Shown piece by piece: positions 21,093 to 30,973 of a stretch of DNA of 64,000 bases (position 1 is the first letter of the stretch; each line of letters starts with the position of its first letter). The translations under genes were made by a program, and so were the position numbers. A model generated the notes under the pieces. That model had not been told where the DNA came from. It was given only the letters and a program-made list of their open reading frames with translations, and did not search any database. The DNA is from an uncultured Chlamydiae bacterium (GTDB lineage: Bacteria; Chlamydiota; Chlamydiia; Chlamydiales; SM23-39): assembly GCA_963828125.1 (NCBI GenBank), contig CAWHDP010000002.1, positions 1,280,001-1,344,000 of the forward strand. Reading direction: 5' to 3'.

Positions 21093-22392
21093 CAGGGCGA
21101 TTTAACTAAAATTTTTTGATACGCCTGAACAGAAAAATCTTACCAATATTCCTTTCAGATATCCGCTACCGAAAGTCGCTGCTCGTCTCACAGAGGCAAG
21201 CCCTCTATCCGGATCTGCAACTGCAGCCATATTCATAGCTAAGCGACGAAACAACCCCAAATTTTCTGCGCTATTTCCTCTGTCCATCAACACATCATCC
21301 TCTCTAAAGATCACATCAGCTACCCAATGGCAATTGTTTTCTACGTGCCAATGCTGCCTGGTCCACTTAGCAAAATGCTTGGCAGATGCTCGACGACTCG
21401 AAATATACAGCCGTCTTAACGTCTCGCTTGCGGTTGATCCGGTTTTTTGCCTTGTGGATCGTACTTCGACCAGGCAGACCAAGTTCTTCCATCTGTCAAC
21501 ATTAGGCAGCCAATCCAAGTCCTCTACGACTCGTACTTCTCGAATATCGATTCGACCATGACCTTTTTCGACTTCCTGGTAAAATGAATGTGAGATTTCC
21601 TCCCATTCGGCTGCATGTGCCTGATCGAAAAAATTTTCCAACTCAGCGCAAAGAGTGGGCTGGTTTTCTTTAACAGCCAACAGATAATCTGCTTTTGCAT
21701 CAACGATTTTTGCTGCTGATTCAGGTACGGTAAAATGAGCATCGCCCGAAATAATCGCACCTTCTACATCCACCTGCTCCAAAATAATTGGCAGTGTGCT
21801 CTTCTCGACCGTTTTATCGGGGACTTTTTCTGCGGCAAGACATAGACGATCTTCTGCAGCGAACAACTCTACTACATGGGTAATGCGGCCCAAAAAATTA
21901 GCCCCCCTCAGTCTTTTGCCGTCGATCGCCAACAGTTGATCGCGCAATGAACTAGGAATTTTACTGAACCATTTTTGTAAATAGCTCTTGAGAGCGTTCG
22001 GGGGTGTTTTGACTAAAAACCACCAAAGCGATCCATGGGAAGGAGCTGAAACCGGTTCTCCTAGTAGCGAGGCAAACCATTCCTCTTGTAGATGGGCATA
22101 TTCGGCAATTTCCTCGATAGTATTGCACCCGCAAAAGAACCCGCAGAGAATCACAAGGGATAGGTACCAAACGGGGTACAAGACTCGTTTTTGGTTGCGT
22201 CGATAATCAGGGAAATCGAAAAACGACCCCTTGACAGTCTCTGCAAATATATGCGCGTCGAATTCCTTACTGGCTTCTAGGATTTTGGCATCAATCGGTT
22301 TACGTCGTGACATAGGACCTCCTTAAATATGAGGTATTTACTATGCCATGTTACCAGATCTGTTATCAAAAAATTTTAGTTAAATCGCCCTG
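21093..22392 (-). mobile_element. ISAs1-family element
   Basis: 29-bp perfect IR CAGGGCGATTTAACTAAAATTTTTTGATA; 9-bp target duplication GAGTTATGC at 21084-92 and 22393-401. Confidence 0.95.
21102..22313 (-). CDS. ISAs1-family transposase
   Basis: AIDGKRLRG, AVKENQPTL, EKGHGRID, RQHWHVEN, DVIFRED. Confidence 0.95.
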   Translation of the reverse strand: MSRRKPIDAKILEASKEFDAHIFAETVKGSFFDFPDYRRNQKRVLYPVWYLSLVILCGFFCGCNTIEEIAEYAHLQEEWFASLLGEPVSAPSHGSLWWFLVKTPPNALKSYLQKWFSKIPSSLRDQLLAIDGKRLRGANFLGRITHVVELFAAEDRLCLAAEKVPDKTVEKSTLPIILEQVDVEGAIISGDAHFTVPESAAKIVDAKADYLLAVKENQPTLCAELENFFDQAHAAEWEEISHSFYQEVEKGHGRIDIREVRVVEDLDWLPNVDRWKNLVCLVEVRSTRQKTGSTASETLRRLYISSRRASAKHFAKWTRQHWHVENNCHWVADVIFREDDVLMDRGNSAENLGLFRRLAMNMAAVADPDRGLASVRRAATFGSGYLKGILVRFFCSGVSKNFS

Positions 22393-22458
22393 GAGTTATG
22401 CTTCTTTCCTTAGCAATGAGTTGCAGTCGTTTTTTAAATGATTGTTCTAATGCAGGTG

Positions 22459-24410
22459 TCGGCCATTTTCATAACTTCATCATTCGCCACCCCATCGGTG
22501 GTGATCAAGCCGCTTGATTTTCCGGCGCTTTTTGCACCTGCGTCTGTGCCCGCTTGCGCGGCCTGACCGGCAAGTCGATAGTACTCAGCAGCCACTCGAA
22601 CACATTTCGTTGCTTTTTTCCAAAAAATCTCTCCGCAGCGGTGCCGCCGTCCTTTCGTGAGGTAAAAAAATTGTGCAACACGGTGAGGGCTAGCAATTTG
22701 TTGGCACTCAGTTTGTGGAGTGCGTGATGTTTCAGTGATAAGACCCCGTTCCTCCCTTCGACACACGAGCTTGACCTTTGGAATAGAGCAGCGCATTGCC
22801 TGGCCTTTTTGCCCCAAACCGCTTGCTCGCGGGGAGTAAGGTTAGCCCAGGGACCATCCCTTTGGCGGACCACTAAACGCGAGATGCTTTGAATCATCAC
22901 GACCTTTTGGCTTTTGTCTGTGCATCGCTTCAAAACCATCTGGAGATACTCTATAGCGACAAGGCACTCGAACGCCTGACGGCCCTGCTCGTCTAATGCG
23001 AGTCCCTGCATGACCTGGAGTAAACATCGGAAAAAAAACGCCAGAGTTTGTACCATTGATTTAGTCGCGCCTTTGGCTTTCCCGAGCTTTTTCCTTTGGC
23101 CATCTGTACTGTCGATCCGTTCGGATACTGTCTCAAGGATCTCGTGAACCTCTACTAATTCCTTCCGCAGCTGTTCAGGAGATCGGGTGGTGCCCGTGCT
23201 GAGATCGTAAGGATGGTAGCAGGTAGTAATGGCTCTTCTGGCATCCCTCACGATCTGGTAATCTTGTTTAGCCTCCTCTAAGACTTTCCGACATTCTTGC
23301 TCATGGCTGTCTTCCTCGAGCAATTGTTTGCCGATCTTTGCAACTTGCGGAGTGGGGTTGTCGAGCGAAGAGCCCGTTGTCTGCACGACCTCTGTGAGTT
23401 TTTTGAACCTCTCTTGTTTCATTGCCGTGGAGTCGCTGAGAGCTTTTTCAGCATGCTGCACTCTTCGGGCTAGCACACTTGTTAGCCCTCTTGTGATATC
23501 TTGCTGAACGTGGAATAAATCCGATGCCTTACTCGCGCCTAAGAGCTCTTGGGCATACTTTATAATACCGCCTGCTTCATCGCCCGTAACCTGCACGATT
23601 TTTACATTCAGCCCATTGGTGGCTGCTTGCGACACTCTCATCCAGGTCGCTGCATCTCGCTTATCCTCCTGTTGCTCTGCGAGGATAAAACCAGAATCTG
23701 GTTCCATCAGAATAAGAGTCATGTTCTCCATGATGAAGTTCTCATCAACAGCAGCGGTCATCTCCTTCAAAGACATGCCCTCGGCCATGCGAACGCGCTC
23801 CTGTTTGCCGAACTCAATCAATTGCTGGTTAATCTGAGCGGACACACCGTGCAATGCGCCAATGGATGATCCGACGAATGCACTGAGTTTGCTCAGTTCC
23901 AGGAACTTCTGTAGGGACGGCAGCCCACAACCACCTGTTGCGTGGAATACAAGATAGGCCCCTACCAATATGCCGTGTAAATGGGCCAGCCCTTCGGGAA
24001 ACTCGTAGAAGAGAACCACTTTGGGGTCTACACTGTCCTTGGGTTGATTGACCCTTCTGACCCAAGCTTGGACCGCGGGCCTTGATACGCCGTATTCCTC
24101 CGCGACTTCTCTCTGGGTTCTTTTTTTCTCAATGACTTTCCGGGTGGCTTCCGCCTGCTTGGCCCGATCAATGACGCGATATATTCTTGTATTTTTTGGC
24201 TCGACCGAAGATGCTGTTTCCATAGCTCGTTTTTTGCAACCCTTTAGCTTCAACAACCAAAGAATTTGCTATAAACGAGCTATTTTTTGAAAGAACCCTC
24301 CATCAGGCCGCGCAAGCGGGTGCAGACGTGGGTGCAAAAAACATCGGGAAATCAAGCGGCTTGATCACCACCGATGGGGTGGCGAATGATGAAGTTATGA
24401 AAATGGCCGA
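22459..24410 (-). mobile_element. IS-like element with ~108-bp terminal inverted repeats encoding a DUF6399-type protein
   Basis: 22459-22567 is the reverse complement of 24302-24410, with the outer ~62 bp perfect; the element cuts an IS5 copy on its right. Confidence 0.85.
22505..24223 (-). CDS. Putative DDE-like transposase (HTH + DUF6399-like)
   Basis: N-terminal HTH (TQREVAEEYGVSRPAVQAW); VDENF, TGDEA, DLFHVQ, FQRSSSCVEGRNG. Confidence 0.75.
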   Translation of the reverse strand: METASSVEPKNTRIYRVIDRAKQAEATRKVIEKKRTQREVAEEYGVSRPAVQAWVRRVNQPKDSVDPKVVLFYEFPEGLAHLHGILVGAYLVFHATGGCGLPSLQKFLELSKLSAFVGSSIGALHGVSAQINQQLIEFGKQERVRMAEGMSLKEMTAAVDENFIMENMTLILMEPDSGFILAEQQEDKRDAATWMRVSQAATNGLNVKIVQVTGDEAGGIIKYAQELLGASKASDLFHVQQDITRGLTSVLARRVQHAEKALSDSTAMKQERFKKLTEVVQTTGSSLDNPTPQVAKIGKQLLEEDSHEQECRKVLEEAKQDYQIVRDARRAITTCYHPYDLSTGTTRSPEQLRKELVEVHEILETVSERIDSTDGQRKKLGKAKGATKSMVQTLAFFFRCLLQVMQGLALDEQGRQAFECLVAIEYLQMVLKRCTDKSQKVVMIQSISRLVVRQRDGPWANLTPREQAVWGKKARQCAALFQRSSSCVEGRNGVLSLKHHALHKLSANKLLALTVLHNFFTSRKDGGTAAERFFGKKQRNVFEWLLSTIDLPVRPRKRAQTQVQKAPENQAA

Positions 24411-24895
24411 TTTTTTTTTAACAGCGGAATCACTTCCTTGCGTTCGTCGCCAGAGGCCCCCGTACTCGTAGCCTTAAGAGGTTGCCCAAGACCGTCAACA
24501 AGGAGATGAGTAGTCATTCCCTTCCCCTTGTATCCATAGTCTACTTTTTCTCCACCTCCTTTCCCGGGAGAGAAAAATCCATCGATCGCCAATCGAGTTA
24601 AATCAACCATTTTCCATTCGACGCAAACCCCCTCTAATGCAGTAAGAATGCGTTCTAAAATTCCGTTTTTTTTCCACTCTCCCAAGTATTTATGAGCGCA
24701 GGCTCTGGAAGCCCATTGATCACCGACTGGCACATCACACCAGCGGGCCCCCGTCGTCAATATCCAAATCAGGGTGTTCAGAATTTTTCTTGGATGAAGC
24801 GGTTGCTTACCTCTGAAAGTAATCCCCCATTTATAGGGTATGAATGGCTCTACAACAGCCCATTCTTGATCGTTCAGTCCTATAAATTTACCCAT
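24411..24895 (-). pseudogene. IS5-family transposase, 3'-truncated; inverted copy of the 18353 element
   Basis: 24411-24788 matches the reverse complement of ~18353-18730. Confidence 0.88.
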
Positions 24896-24964
24896 AGCCC
24901 ACCTCCTGTAAAGTAAGTGGACATGATGTCATATAAAGATTTTATGTTCTATCTAAAGATATGC

Positions 24965-26280
24965 TCATTCTTTCGTATTCGAAATTAATTGATCTAGGAG
25001 ATGAGGCAACTTAAACCCTTTATTTTTCAAATAGACCAGGCATTCGATAGGGGAAGCGACCACCGTCCCTTTACTTTCTTTGGCTGATTTTATCTTATCG
25101 GCACTTACTGCGGATTTTAAAAAGGTATAGGCTTTGGACGTATCGAATATTGCGCCAATGCCATGCAAAACATTGTCGCTTAAATTTTCCCCACGCGCGA
25201 CTCGACTAATCTGAAATAGGTTGAGTGCATCCAATGAAAGGATAGATTCATATTCAGATTGAGAGATCTCAACATTCGATAAGGCTTCTTTAATTAGATG
25301 CCGACTCCTCCTTTGATGATCGGAAAGAAGGCTATGGGCGTATCCCATCAGCGGAATGGTGAGAGGTTCTCCATTCTTGGTGGTACGGAGTCGAATGACG
25401 CCCTCTGCAAAATTCACGTCTCCCCATTTGAGGTTTATTATTTTACCGGCACGCATCCCCGTGGAAAGGGCGAGAACCACAATCAGTAGAAGAACCGGAC
25501 ACTTGCTTTTCTTGACCTCCTCAAGAAGCGCTGTCTGCTCCTCGCGGGAGAGATAACGCTGTCTTGCATTTGAGAGGGAAGGCTTGGTGATCTTGAAGAC
25601 GGGGTTCTCAGGAATCCACTCCCACTCTTTCCAGGCGACGGATAGGAGGTGGGAGAGGGAGGCGATGTAGCGGATCACTGTGCCGGGCGCGCGCTTGGTC
25701 TTTTTGGCGGACTCTTCAGTTTCTAGAATCGAAATAGTCGCTTTGATGAGGGAAGGGCGAATGAGAGCCAGCGAAGAAGCCCCGAGATGTTGATTCCACC
25801 AGTCAAGGTGATGTTTTCGGTTTCGGGCATCATTTCCTTTTTTTGGAAGTTCCTCCTTGTAGTATCGAGCCACGGCCTCTGCAAAGGTTTTTTTAGATGC
25901 AAGGGCATTAGGAAGATAGATCCCAAGGTCAACGTTGCGCTGTTGTTCATTGAGCCACTTTTTAGCCATTTTGGCATCAACAAAGGTCTGAATGAGGTCG
26001 GGGCAGCCAGTTCAACGGAATCGGGCTCGGAATGTAATCACTTTTTTGGAGCTAATGCGAATGTCTATGCCTGGGGGCAGATTTTTTTAAGTGCTTCTAA
26101 CTGCTTCATTGTGATGACCCTATTTTTTAGTGTAAAAATTGGGTCAGCTGCTGTTGCAGTGGTGGAGCTTCCTGCGACTTCCTGTTGTTTGCTGGGCTCA
26201 TTTGGTCCAGGATTGGTCCACGGCGGTAGAATCGCCAAGAGGCCTGGATCTGGAGGACCTAATGAGTCGTCTTCGGGCAT
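24965..26280 (-). pseudogene. Element 3 integrase pseudogene (paralog of 60943-62220), fused to an unrelated C-terminus
   Basis: 1-nt deletion near 26080 and an in-frame TGA near 26012; homology ends at ~25280, before HxxR/H/Y. Confidence 0.9.
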
Positions 26281-26310
26281 ACCTCACAAAACGGGGTTGT
26301 TTTTGATGGT

Positions 26311-26356
26311 TGCCTGAAGCCGGAATCGAACCGACGACCTTCGCATTACGAATGCG
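26311..26356 (-). repeat. tRNA-Thr 3' fragment (att core between elements 2 and 3)
   Basis: 46 bp identical to 62251-62296. Confidence 0.95.
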
Positions 26357-26516
26357 TCTCTACTCAATATACTACCCCATCTTGCGATATCTAACGATAA
26401 GAGAACCAGCTTGATAAGCCCAAGCAATCTATCGTAAGATCGGGTCATATATTGCCAGATATTGTCTCCCATTGCAACTTTTTTGCAACTCAGTCGATAT
26501 GTTTCATGAACATTGA

Positions 26517-28007
26517 TTATTGTAGTTGGATTTCTTTTGGAAACAGGTTGTCTAGGATGGCTTGATTAGGAATGCGTTGATTGAGATCATAAAAATGAGG
26601 GCAGCAAGCATCTTCAATAATCGGAAGGTCGTATCCAAAGTAATGATTCAGAATAGTTCTAACTGTATTAATAGGAGTCATCTGATCGGGGAGAGGATGA
26701 TTGAAATCTGGGAGGTGAAGAGCTTGTAGATTAGAAAAGCGCCAAGCAATCTCTTTAAGGGGCAAGGTTGGTTTTCCTTTTGGACTGCACCCAATAGGGA
26801 ATTTTCCATGATCGGAAAGAATGAGGATAAGAGGATCTTCGAAAGAGTGCTCTAAAATGTGATTGATTGTTTTTATGACTTCTTTTGATATGAACTTTGC
26901 TTGCCCAAGATAAAAACGGTGTTGGGAGTCTTTTTCCGCTAAAATCACTTCTTGTTCCGAAAGTGTACTCCCATCTTCAGTAAATGCAATAGGTCTGTGA
27001 GGACACATAATGTGAGCAAAAGCTACTTTTTTGCCTGGCTTTTCCGAAATCAGCTTTAATTGCTCTAACTGGTTAAGCACGTGATTTCGATGAGAGTTTC
27101 GTTGATATGTTCGGTAGGTGTCTTTCCAAGGTGTAATTTGAAAAAGCGTTTGGATCAATCCATAAGACTTTGTTCTAAATAAGAAATCAGAAATAAGGTT
27201 CTGAGCAGGATTACCCATCCAATATATGGATGGAATGTGGTGAATGGAATAGCCTTCTCTCTTAAGAATCTGAAACAATTTGTTTTGCTCAATGAGAAAC
27301 TGTGCTACTCCTGTAAACACATTTTTCGATAGCTGAGTGTTGTGATAGTCAAAATTCAAGATCGAGGCGATAGAGGTGATTGTCCAGGGGTAATTAGAAG
27401 TCGAAGAAGAGACAACATGGAATTGTTTTTTTCTTAAAGAGTCAAAGAAATAATCATTGTTAAAATGATAGTAATCTTTGAACGCCTGTTCGGAGATGAA
27501 CTCATCTAAAATGATTATGTAAATATCCTTTGAGCAAGTACTTGAATGTAATTTTTGCGGTAAAGGAGTCGCTTCTTGTTGAGCTATTTCTGTTTGAATG
27601 GTTTTTTTTATGTGGCCGATTTCAAACAAGTTGTAAGAAATAACAACAAACAAGGGAATACTAAGGCCACAAGATAAGGCGGACTTCAACTTTAAGGGGA
27701 TTGGAAGCCTTAAGGACAAAAGGGCACTCAATGCGCAAAAAGACCAAATCAGGAGTTTTGAAACAGAAGAGAGTTCTGCCGATAAGATCAGAGAAAGGCA
27801 AAGGATGCTTATCGATATAGAGACTTTTTCCTTATCCTTTATCCATCTCAAAGCTATGTAAGATAGCACCGAAATGGCAATTGCCAAAAACAATGACACA
27901 ATAAGAAAATCAAAGAAAAAAATTTCGCCTGGATTATTCCGAAAGAGAACCATAAGAGGTGCGATCGCAATGAGATAGGGTTGAATGAGGCGAAATATTT
28001 TTTTCAT
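26517..28007 (-). CDS. Membrane-anchored sulfatase/alkaline-phosphatase-superfamily protein (NoeB-like)
   Basis: Several N-terminal TM helices; IYIIILDE, SNYPWT, HIMCPH, LSDHG. Confidence 0.8.
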   Translation of the reverse strand: MKKIFRLIQPYLIAIAPLMVLFRNNPGEIFFFDFLIVSLFLAIAISVLSYIALRWIKDKEKVSISISILCLSLILSAELSSVSKLLIWSFCALSALLSLRLPIPLKLKSALSCGLSIPLFVVISYNLFEIGHIKKTIQTEIAQQEATPLPQKLHSSTCSKDIYIIILDEFISEQAFKDYYHFNNDYFFDSLRKKQFHVVSSSTSNYPWTITSIASILNFDYHNTQLSKNVFTGVAQFLIEQNKLFQILKREGYSIHHIPSIYWMGNPAQNLISDFLFRTKSYGLIQTLFQITPWKDTYRTYQRNSHRNHVLNQLEQLKLISEKPGKKVAFAHIMCPHRPIAFTEDGSTLSEQEVILAEKDSQHRFYLGQAKFISKEVIKTINHILEHSFEDPLILILSDHGKFPIGCSPKGKPTLPLKEIAWRFSNLQALHLPDFNHPLPDQMTPINTVRTILNHYFGYDLPIIEDACCPHFYDLNQRIPNQAILDNLFPKEIQLQ

Positions 28008-28140
28008 TTTCTAAACAACGATCTTACCTTGCCAAAAAGCCCTCGAATATAACCCCGGACTAAATAAATACCACTTAATAGCCCTGCGATTAACACTTGA
28101 AATAGGACACTTCCTGAACCTGGATCGATATATGCTATAA

Positions 28141-29487
28141 TTAATGACATGGTGCCTCCTTGATTGTTTCCATGAGGAACAAAACTCTTCCTGAATCTGT
28201 AATTTGGTTTCTTTGTTTTATTTTAAAGTAATTAGAGAATTCTTTTTTGAACGCGTCCTCGTTGTATGTATCGCTATTCATTCTGTTTCCTGGGTTCATT
28301 TGGATGATTTTTTTGTCGTTTGAAGGGATGAACTCAACAACCAGATGATGACAGATTTTAGAAAAATACTCAGCGATACGTATAAAAGGAATTCCTCCAG
28401 AGATTCGCAGATGATGGACAAGAGCGAGGGCCATGAGGAGGTCGGCAGGGCCTCTTTCAGCCAAGCTTTTTCTTTCGCTTTCTCCCCAACCGAATGATGG
28501 GGTAGGCGCAGACAAGTCCATTAAAAGAGGTAGAACTGAAGTTTTCTTATTCAAAAGGCGATCTATGCAAACAGGGTCGCCGTCTAACGATATAACCTCT
28601 TTTGCAAATTCTCTAGCTATCTGACTAAAATGCCCCTCATTAGCGCCTAGATCCCATACAATTTCAGGTTTAGCCAAAGATAAGTACTCCTTAATGATGA
28701 GCTCTTTGTGGTGAAAAGCCTGAGTTGAATAGCTGTTGTCGTCTTGATAATCTTGCCACACTGTTTTCGGGAATTTCCATTTGATCCCGTTTACGGCAGA
28801 TTTCAAGCTTGAAGTTAGAGCTTGAGTCGCAGTTTTAGATTGTCTAACGATCTCTGTTGGGCTCTTGTGATTTGTTTTATTTTGGAATTTACTGTGGAGT
28901 AAAAGATGAATCAAAAGAGAAGGTCGAAGCAGTCGCCCAAGAGGTAAAAGTCTGACAATCAAATCAAGAGGGGGGCCATCAATATGTGCAAGTGAAAGAT
29001 TTTTAAGTCTCCAATCAACATAGGCTTGCACTGCTAACGGGCCTAAAAAATGTTGGCAAAATTGCCTGTAGGCGATCCAGGGAATTGAATCCGTTTTAAT
29101 TTCCAGTGAGAGGGTGTCGATTAAAACAGCCCTGCCCTGGTAAAATTGCATATTGTATGCGCTGGCATCTTTCAAATGCATGCCATATTCAGCAGCAATC
29201 GTCTGGACCTCCAAGGTCACAAGCGCAGCATCTTTAAGTTGCGAAAAACTCCACTCGTGAGGATAGCTAATAAAAGGGATTCTTTCGGGTTTCAAAACCA
29301 AAGGATTGTTACTAACTTCTACGTGTGGAATTAATAGCTGCTTTTCAACTAATTTTGCATACAATCCAGAACTCATGAGTTGCTGATAATGAGTTAAGTA
29401 CGATTCGTTGACTAATCGAAAAACCTCACCATTTTCGTAGAAAACAGATCCAGACGGATCGCGGAAAGAGCCTTTTTCAATTTGCAT
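28141..29487 (-). CDS. NoeA-like protein (kinase-like N-terminus + SAM methyltransferase)
   Basis: GSFRDPSG, SYPHEWSFSQLKDAA, LKDASAYN, WDLGANEG, LALVHHL. Confidence 0.8.
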   Translation of the reverse strand: MQIEKGSFRDPSGSVFYENGEVFRLVNESYLTHYQQLMSSGLYAKLVEKQLLIPHVEVSNNPLVLKPERIPFISYPHEWSFSQLKDAALVTLEVQTIAAEYGMHLKDASAYNMQFYQGRAVLIDTLSLEIKTDSIPWIAYRQFCQHFLGPLAVQAYVDWRLKNLSLAHIDGPPLDLIVRLLPLGRLLRPSLLIHLLLHSKFQNKTNHKSPTEIVRQSKTATQALTSSLKSAVNGIKWKFPKTVWQDYQDDNSYSTQAFHHKELIIKEYLSLAKPEIVWDLGANEGHFSQIAREFAKEVISLDGDPVCIDRLLNKKTSVLPLLMDLSAPTPSFGWGESERKSLAERGPADLLMALALVHHLRISGGIPFIRIAEYFSKICHHLVVEFIPSNDKKIIQMNPGNRMNSDTYNEDAFKKEFSNYFKIKQRNQITDSGRVLFLMETIKEAPCH

Positions 29488-30973
29488 GATCCATCTCTTC
29501 AAGAATTTGTCTTTTTAATTTTGCAGCTGACTCTTTGGGGGTTCCAAATTGATTGAAGTGAATGAGATTCATTTTCTCTCGAAATGAATCTTGATTAAAG
29601 AATCTCTCTTGGGCTATCCGGTTTACTTTTTCTCTTGTTTTCGCAACTTCTGGATTATGTCGAAGCTCTAAGCCTTGTTGAGCATCTCCTTCAATTAGAA
29701 CCTTTATTCCTTTCAGACGGCTTACCGCATCAATTCCGTAAGCTGAAGCATTCATTAGAGGATATCTACTAGGATCAGTGAGATTTGCTAATCGATACCC
29801 ATAGTAGGTTTCTTGTTGGTTCATCCAGACAAAAAACTCTCCTTGATCCTTGCGTTTAATAAACTCATCCACTGAGAGATATTCAAAGTAACGTGGATCG
29901 TCATCATTGCGAGGTTCTCGAGTCACTGTGAATCTTGGGATGTAAAAAAGATCGGAAGATCCATCCAGCAGATGAATCAAAGTCGTTTTTCCTACGCCAC
30001 TTAACCCAAAGAAAAAGATAGGGTAGGTTTCTTGATCCAGATGTATAGAGGTCTTATCTTTGATCGATAAAACTTCTTTGGCTATTAGATCGGGGGCCAA
30101 GCAAGCGTTGCAAGGATTGTCATCAACTCGATCAATCGGAAGATCCCTTTTGACGTACATGTGATCGTACATCTCTAGAGCCACATCTATTAGACATAAT
30201 TTCATATGGGTATAGAAGGCATCTAATTCTGATGCTTTTAACGGACGTATGTCGTTGTAAGCAGAGACAAAGGACCGGACAGTATCTTTCTTGAGTTTGC
30301 CTTCTTGATTGAAGCCATAAAAGAGATGGCAGCGGGTTAAATCTGTCAGTAAAATATCATTTCGTAGGTGATCGAAATCGAGAAGCGTTAAATTGTTTTC
30401 CTCGTCTACAAGGAGGTTTGTATAAGAGAAATCGCCATGGATAAGGCCTCTAGGAAGGCTGTCTCTATATGAAAGATCTAAAGATGCAAATAATTTCTTT
30501 AGTTCTTCGCAATATTCCCAATCTTTGCAGCTCTCGAATAAGCGGTTATAGTCTTTTAGAGGAGCCAGAGGGATTTCTGTTGCCTCAATCAGGTGTAGCT
30601 TGGCCATCAATCTAGCTGCTGCTGGTAAATTGCCGTCATCGATGTGATGGCCGTTTACATATGAGAGGACGGATATTACTTTCGATCCGACTTGAGTTGG
30701 TGGGATGATCGATTCTGGTACCCTGATTCCTGCTTCGCGAACAAGTTGGAGCAAGGATTCAGCACGCTCTAGCTCTTCAATTGTCTTTCTATTGAAAATC
30801 TTTAAAATATGTGGGTCAGAAGTGGAAGAGTTAATCACGTAAACTTCATTCGCAACACCAGCTGACATTAAAGTAGCAGTCGCTGGGCTTGCCAAATTAG
30901 ACGGAAAGCAGGTATTTACGTCGGAGAATCCGAGAGAGGTGATACAAGTTAAAAGAAAGATTATATGGCGCAT
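29477..30973 (-). CDS. Signal-peptide-bearing fusion of an APH-type phosphotransferase and a guanylate-kinase-like P-loop domain
   Basis: HGDFSYTN and LLDFD, then GLSGVGKTT, TREPR, YYGY. Confidence 0.85.
   Translation of the reverse strand: MRHIIFLLTCITSLGFSDVNTCFPSNLASPATATLMSAGVANEVYVINSSTSDPHILKIFNRKTIEELERAESLLQLVREAGIRVPESIIPPTQVGSKVISVLSYVNGHHIDDGNLPAAARLMAKLHLIEATEIPLAPLKDYNRLFESCKDWEYCEELKKLFASLDLSYRDSLPRGLIHGDFSYTNLLVDEENNLTLLDFDHLRNDILLTDLTRCHLFYGFNQEGKLKKDTVRSFVSAYNDIRPLKASELDAFYTHMKLCLIDVALEMYDHMYVKRDLPIDRVDDNPCNACLAPDLIAKEVLSIKDKTSIHLDQETYPIFFFGLSGVGKTTLIHLLDGSSDLFYIPRFTVTREPRNDDDPRYFEYLSVDEFIKRKDQGEFFVWMNQQETYYGYRLANLTDPSRYPLMNASAYGIDAVSRLKGIKVLIEGDAQQGLELRHNPEVAKTREKVNRIAQERFFNQDSFREKMNLIHFNQFGTPKESAAKLKRQILEEMDHAN

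Larger units (their letters stand above)
20840..22450 (-). pseudogene. AbiEii/AbiGii nucleotidyltransferase toxin pseudogene split by ISAs1, start and C-terminus lost
   Basis: Removing ISAs1 restores LEQSFKKRLQLIAKERSITPAEVWQNVITERFLVRL...FVLKGGTLL...RETKDIDF. Confidence 0.85.
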
